From Eledone cirrhosa (lineage: Eukaryota), in contig OZ024743.1 of the NCBI GenBank assembly GCA_964016885.1, positions 213,776,001 to 213,840,000 on the forward strand: a stretch of 64,000 nucleotides of DNA, in the 5' to 3' direction. A program made the translations under genes and the position numbers. The notes beneath the pieces are model-generated. The model saw nothing but the letters and a program-made list of their open reading frames with translations. It was not told where the DNA came from and made no database searches. Positions 56,675 to 64,000 of the stretch are shown here, in pieces; the first letter of the stretch is position 1, and each line of letters opens with the position of its first letter.

Positions 56675-57537
56675 AAATGTAAACAGAAATATCAACAACC
56701 GGTACAGTATATGGAAGTTATATATTAGGTTAATATATATATATATATTTATATATATATATACAAAATACACCCTATGGAAATTTACTTAAAGTGCATT
56801 TAGATCACCTTAAGCGCACACAATGCATATATTATATATCCATAAAACTAATCAGACTCAGTTGAAATATATCACGATGCCGTTGCATATTAGCAAGGTA
56901 AATTGTGCAAATGATTATTTAAATGAACGCAAAGAAATGATATTTAATGATATTGCAGAAAACTTCCTAACACAAACCGACTATAGATACTGACGTATAT
57001 ACACACACACACTTACCCACTCATCCACGCCCACATATACACACGCTTACATACACATACAATCATATGCATTCACAACATACATACAACAATGATTGCC
57101 AAAAGGAACATACTATTTTTATTAAACACACACAAGCATCCAGACACATATCCACGCGTATAAACATATCATCACTTACTGAAAGTAATACGTTTGTTTC
57201 TGCATGATTCAGGTATTAATAAATGGAAACTATTTGGATAAACTTAGATAAAATATGCATATATGCATAAAATCTTAGATACACACACACACACACGCGC
57301 GTGCGCGCATTCACGCTCGCACACATTCACGCTCACACACACCACACACTACACACACACACACACATATGTATATATAAAACTAAATCTGTTTGCGCTC
57401 TTAACGCGGTGCACACACACACACACACACATAGACACACACATATATATATGTATATATATATATGTATATATATATATATGTATATATATGTATATAT
57501 ATATATAATATATATATATATACACAAATATATATAT

Positions 57538-57592
<55 letters not shown>

Positions 57593-58236
57593 ATGGCGCA
57601 TGCCTTTCTGGCATGACACCCATAATTTTGATTTAGATTAAATTCACTTTGATTTATCTTAATTTTGGATATATATATATAAATACGGCTCCTTAATTGT
57701 AGAGCTAACTCTGTTGAAAGGACTTGACTGCTGTTTCTAGTTGTCGATAACCCTATTCACGTAACTGGGACGAAGCTGGTATGATGTGTGTATTTTTAGT
57801 ATATACAGCACGTGTTACTGGCCAGTCGCTGATTTGAACTTAATGCATAAACACAGATGGCTGGACTTCTTCCTTGTTGAAAATCCAAGTATCGGCCTCC
57901 GTTGTTTACCATTCGATTAATTGGTGAAATATTTTTCTTTAATGGAATATATACAGGGAAGATTAATCATATTATAAGGTATCTATTTTTGAAGTTCTAG
58001 TTAACTTTATTTAGTTACCCACCTAGCTATGTGTGCTTGCACACTTGTAAAAAATTATCCCCTGTGATCGTTTCATATGTTTATTTATGTTAATCAATTT
58101 CTAGTTGTTATAAAATGCTCGGACCTATTCATTAGAATCTTGGAGCTTATTTTACGGGTAATATGGCGCATGCCTTTCTGGTATGAGACCCATAATTTTG
58201 ATTTAGATTAAATTCACTTTGATTTATCTTAATTTT

Positions 58237-58275
<39 letters not shown>

Positions 58276-58954
58276 GCCTTGGTTGCCCTTGAAATATATA
58301 TATATATATATATACACAAACACATGAACAATTGAAATGTATTTGCCTTTACCATGAAAAGCTGCCACTAATCATACGACAACAAGATACTCGAATAACT
58401 CGGATAAATTACCTTTAACTGTGGAGAAAACATGCACAGAGATGGCATGGGATCTATCTACGCATCTGTCATATTGCCGAATGACGACGATAACCTTTGA
58501 AAATTACGTTGAGATAATAGAAGTACAAGAACCATAATATGAAACAAAATCTGAAACGGTATATACGTAAATTGCCCCAATCAGTTCATAAACGCCCTAA
58601 ACCGAACGCCAACCTGCTATCATAACACATGCCTATCAAAACCAGTTACGTTTAATTCGTTTTTGCGTGTCTTTTTTTTTTACGCAGTGAGTTTTTTCAG
58701 ATGGTAGGAATTCCATTGGTAATAGTGACTCCAACATTTATTCCCAAAACCTTGATGCATGCTAACTATACTCTGTTAAAAACTACACCGATTATGTGGA
58801 GCATTTTAATCACTGTTGTGTTGAAATGTTTACAGTAGAATGTTGGTAAATATCTTGGTCACAATAAGTATCAAGCTGATTGACCAGTAATTACAGCAGT
58901 AATTATACACACACACGCACACGCACGAACACACACGCACACACACACACACAT

Positions 58955-58998
<44 letters not shown>

Positions 58999-59015
58999 TA
59001 TATATATATATAAAT

Positions 59016-59096
<81 letters not shown>

Positions 59097-59871
59097 AATA
59101 TATATATATTTCATATTAAATTTAAGTGAAAAGCTCTATTTATGGGGGTATATGCCAGTAGACAAAATTAAGTTAGTCTCACTTATATAAACACCTCCCT
59201 ACGATGATTTCGTTTACGGAAGAAACAAATGTTTGTAAGAACCAATATTGGAAGAATACTTAATACTCTTCAGGGAAGTTATTCTTCAAGACTAGGAGGC
59301 AATATTGAGCATGAAATTAAACATAGCGTTCCATTGCCGAGGCAGCATCATGACCAAAACACGTTGTGTTGTTGAGCTATTAGATCAAATCTCTCTCAAT
59401 ATAATAGGATTATGCGACAGGCTTATAAGGACGCAGCCCGAAGAACAATTTGATACAAATTGACAAATTAAGGAGTAGTTAATAATAATTAAAAGGTTAA
59501 TTAATCTCTATTATTCAAACATATCTAATTACCCTTTTAATTAATATATATAATTTTAGTACAGATTAAAGTTTAAGCAAAAAACGTATGCTTCCACCCT
59601 ATACGGGATATTCTAAAAAGAATAATAATCCCCTGAATTTTTTGTAGCCAAAATGGGTTTTTATGTCAAGAAATTGTTCTTTTCGCTCCACATAATGCCG
59701 TACCGCTCTTACGTCTTCCTCTTTTCTCTTGGTCGTAACGCTTTTTCAAATATTTACTTCTGCGTCTACAGATTGATTTTTTTTCTGTGTCAGAAGATCT
59801 CGTATAGGGTCAAAGCAGAAATTCTTTGCTTAAAATTTGATCTGTACTAATAATAAATATTTGCTCAAGGG

Positions 59872-59911
<40 letters not shown>

Positions 59912-59918
<7 letters not shown>

Positions 59919-61006
59919 TAATAGATTAAAGTTTAAGCAAACAACGCTGCTTTCACCCTTAACGGGATCTTCTGAAACTATTAATGTCAATCTGTAAACG
60001 CAGAAGTAGATATTTCAAAAAAACGTTGCAGCCGGAGGAAGACAGGAAAACGATACTATGGTTCGTGGAAACGTTCCCTATTCAAATAAGTAATGGTATA
60101 AACAAATAGAAATACTATTAAAATTTCTTACTCTACGACTCCTAAACTTGCACATAACATCACAGCTTCAAATTTAGCTAAACTACCTAGCCGTAGGAAC
60201 ACGTTCAACCCTGTAGTTAGTACTAACTGTAATTGTAGGAATCGGGTTGATTGCCTCCTATCTGGGATATGCCTCTCTAGTAACATTGTCTACAGATGTA
60301 AGGTTGTAACACCCACGTCCCGTAAGTCCTACATAGGGTTAACCGCCAATAGATTCAAGCAGCGTCTTTACATGCATACCCATTCTTTTCGTTACCCTCT
60401 AAGAAGGAATATGACGTCACTTTCAGCTTATATCTAGAGTCTAAAAGACAACCACACCCAATATAAGTTACACTGGGAGATCCTAGCTAGGGCAAGATCG
60501 TATAACGGAAATAAAAGACCATGTGACCTCTGCGCCGCAGAGGCCTTGGAAATACTCTACGCCACAGACCCTCATCTTAAACAAAAAATCTGAGGCAATT
60601 TCGGCTTGTAATCATAAATTGCACAAAACTTTCCTGTATTACAGCCCCACGTTATACCCTAACGGATAGTACAATCTATACGTGGATATTTTACGTCTTG
60701 ATGTGGTAGCTAAGTATATGTTTTGTTTATACCATTACTTATTTGCATAGGGAACGTTTCCACGAACCAAAGTATCGTCTTCCTGTCTTCCTCCGGTTGC
60801 AACGTTTTTTGAAATACCCACTTCTGCGTTTACAGATTGACTTTGATAGTTTCGGGAAGATCCCGTTAAGGGTGAAATCAGCGATTCTTGGCTTAAACTT
60901 TAATCTGTTATTTTAATACATATTTGCTCTACGGTTCTTATGTATTTGATATATATTTATCCTTATCGAGCCCTCTTTGGATTTTAGTCTGCAAATTTAT
61001 TATTAT

Positions 61007-61010
<4 letters not shown>
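59912..61010 (+). mobile_element. Non-coding element with ~195-bp inverted HHR-bearing ends plus tail, between (TA)n tracts
   Basis: 59912-60106 is the reverse complement of ~60722-60918. Same layout as the PLE at 27641. Confidence 0.85.
59930..59979 (-). ncRNA. Type-I hammerhead, CAGAAGA (U4A) variant, best copy
   Basis: AGTTT-CAGAAGA-TCCCgttaaGGGT-GAAA-GCA..TGC-TT-AAACT. Confidence 0.7.
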
Positions 61011-61100
<90 letters not shown>

Positions 61101-61308
61101 TTATATATATATTTATATCAATGCTTTAACCCTCAACGGGATGTTCTGAGTTTTAGAAGATCCTGTTAAGGGTGACAGCAGCGATTCTTTGCTTAAACTT
61201 TAATCTGTTATTCTAATAAGTATTTGCTCTATGGTTTTTATATATTTTTATATATATATTATCCTAATCGAGCCCTCGTCCGATTTTATTCTTCACATTT
61301 AGTATTAT

Positions 61309-61446
<138 letters not shown>

Positions 61447-62073
61447 TCAGAGAAAGGGATGGAGGAATGAGAAAAACTAGAAATATGTATATGCATAATA
61501 ATCTATTGGATATGGAATCCTCATAAACAATCTGAGATGAGTTGAACTGAGTAACCTATAAAGCTTTTACATTAACAAGAAAATGTCATAACAAAAATAA
61601 TTAGATGAAAGAAGCTTGCAATTAGATAAAATATATAAATGAGAAAACATGATTACAAAATATAAGCAATTCAATAGACATACACTTTACTAGACACAAT
61701 GGAAAAAATAAAGCAAGTGTGTTGAACTGTTGCAAATACAGACGTTATGTTGTCTTCTGAAAAAGTAAAGAAGAACAGAAAATTCTTAGAAATGGATCGC
61801 TGAATGCAAAGAAAAGAAAACTAAATATACATTACCCTAAAAATGTACGCCATCATAAAAAAGAAAAACAGGATAAGCAGCATTTAAATAATATAAACTA
61901 TAAGATAATGTAGAATAATACGAAGAAAAAAGATACAAACAACAAGATAAGTTAATGAAAAGTTATATAGATAGACAAATATATGTAAGATGATACGTAG
62001 ATCCCTGAAACAGCCTTAAAACAGCAATTAAATATATATGATTAAAATCATATAACGGAGATATGCAAATATG

Positions 62074-62212
<139 letters not shown>

Positions 62213-62379
62213 GGATTAACAAATAATAGTTAAATGCAGTCCACTTAGGTGAAGTCCAGTTATGGTATTCCAGGTAGTGGATGATATTAACGCTTGGCTT
62301 GGTTTGACTCAACAAGGCGTTTTCATAGTGATGCTGCGGGTATGCTGTAATTCCTATGTTGTAAACACTTGGAGTAATA

Positions 62380-62836
62380 ATAAATCAGGAAAGAAGGTTT
62401 ACATGGTTTGCTATACAAAAAAATTTTAATCACATAGCTTACATTTGTTTCACTGAACTGGTATGTCTAGAGATCGCTATCCGCTTAATTTTGCGTTACT
62501 CGATCGCCAATACAGAATTATAACCAGTCAGATCTTCGGAGCATGCGAGAATGAAGAAAATACACAGGCAAGAAAAGAAAAGAAAATACGGCTACTATAT
62601 GGAGTAGTTATGGCATTCAATAGTAGCCGTATTTTCTTTTCTTTTCTTGCCTGTGTATTTTCTTCATTCTCGCATGCTCCGAAGATCTGACTGGTTATAA
62701 TTCTGTATTGGCGATCGAGGAACGCAAAATTAAGCGGATAGCGATCTCTAGACATACCAGTTCAGTGAAACAAATGTAAGCTATGTGATTAAAAACTTTT
62801 TTGTATAGCAAACCATGTAAACCTTCTTTCCTGATT

Positions 62837-62839
<3 letters not shown>
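62380..62839. repeat. Fold-back palindrome (~220-bp arms) with an HHR in each arm
   Basis: Spacer ~62599-62619; few arm mismatches. Confidence 0.93.
62673..62785 (+). ncRNA. Hammerhead with ~80-nt branched stem II (CCGAAGA core)
   Basis: CATGCT-CCGAAGA-TCTGACTGGT..ACCAGTTCAGT-GAAA-CAAATG-TA-AGCTATG. Confidence 0.72.
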
Positions 62840-62879
<40 letters not shown>

Positions 62880-62889
62880 AACGAGTAGG

Positions 62890-62985
62890 ACCCCGACGTC
62901 TGAGCTCAAGCCGTTTCAACGGCTAATTCTGGACTAAATGAAAATTTTTATCCCGGTACATGAATAGCCGAGCTTCTCAGGGGGT
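62890..62985 (-). ncRNA. Hammerhead with mutated core (CTGAGAA), GUC site
   Basis: ACCCC-CTGAGAA-..CGGCTA..TAGCCG..-GAAA-CGGCTtgagctcAGACG-TC-GGGGT. Confidence 0.65.
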
Positions 62986-63559
62986 AATTCCATATATGGT
63001 AAAAGTGATTGCTACAAGGATTGGTCAAAAGTTTGTTGTTGAGTCACATAATTCTATCATGGCAATTTGTGGAAGGAAGGGGGTAGCTGAACCTGCCAGT
63101 AGAAGAAAGAGGGAGAGGGAGGGGAGCAAACCCAGCCGTGCGTTGATAGTGCCAACCACAAAGAATCCTAAGGGCAGGAAGTGAAGAAAGTATACTAGGG
63201 AGGGGGAGGAGGAAGTAGAAACAGTAAGTAAATGGCTCTTTATCGACTACTGAAATGAAAGTCTATGTCAGATTCGATGATAATTGAACAGACAATGCAA
63301 ATATTTTCAAGACTACAAATTTTACCACGTAATGAAAATATTGTAGTAGTTATTAAGCGATTATACTCTTAATTTCGTGTCACGACTCAATTTAACTTCC
63401 ACAGATCGGCCATCTATGGTAATTTATTTTCAATATATGATAATTTGAATGCAGAATTGCAGCAACACTTGATTTATATTCAGAAAAAAAGTAACATAAT
63501 TGCATAAAAAGGCGACTTTTCAAATGTTGTAAATAGCTTGTTTAACCGTACTCTGAATT

Positions 63560-63990
63560 CTCGATTCTGAGAACTGTAGAGACTTTACTTGTAAACAACT
63601 CTCAGGCTACCCACCCCATCAAATAAGATTACCTTAAAGAACATTCGGAGGATCTCCGTTTCGCTCTTTGTATTCACGATCGTATTCTTCCAGGTGTTAC
63701 CGTAGATTCAAGACCATAGTTAAGGGTAGGCAGGGACACCGAATTGTAGATATCGAGTTTAAGTTTTATACCCACATCTTTTCTTCTGATGACTGGGTAT
63801 TGAGGTTGGTGCAGTTCAGTAATTCATGCATATAAGTGAGCCTCTTGTCTTCCATCTTCTGTGAAGCAACGAATGTTCCGCGGTACCTCGAAGAAGGAAA
63901 CCCTCTTCTGTCCTAATCAACCAGTCTGGAGGCGTTTGCTCAGGGTAAGCCCAACACACGGGTCATTTACTCAAATTTAAGCAAATATAC
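63560..63990 (-). pseudogene. RTE-like LINE ORF2 C-terminal fragment
   Basis: Minus-strand KLDIYNSVSLPTLNYGLES resembles the RTE K.....LP.L.YG.E motif. Confidence 0.55.
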
Positions 63991-64000
63991 TGGGGGGGGG

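Noticed and set aside
58085-58140. Minus-strand CTAATGA..GAAA motif
   Set aside because: Core G5 is mutated and stems are weak.

Overview
AT-rich eukaryotic (animal) intergenic or intronic DNA, probably from an octopod/coleoid cephalopod; that assignment is inferred from the tRNA-derived SINE and the extreme (TA)n load. I found no host protein-coding gene. Almost all ORF-track entries are microsatellite translations. Recognisable elements: a decayed L1/Tx1 LINE with a SINE inside it, RTE-type LINE relics, about 10 copies of one tRNA-derived SINE, an internally deleted mariner plus two mariner MITEs, non-autonomous Helitrons, and two Penelope-like elements (PLE; RT + C-terminal GIY-YIG), one with 666-bp inverted pseudo-LTRs. 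The main unexplained signal is a very dense set of type-I hammerhead ribozyme (HHR) motifs, read by eye: about 17 sequence-unrelated families and roughly 30 copies in 64 kb. They sit in short non-coding elements next to (TA)n tracts, arranged as tandem monomers (retrozyme-like, 420-507 bp), as inverted-LTR minis, or as near-perfect fold-back palindromes. This looks like a PLE-driven, microsatellite-targeting family of ribozyme-bearing non-autonomous retroelements. Ribozyme activity is predicted from motif and base pairing only.
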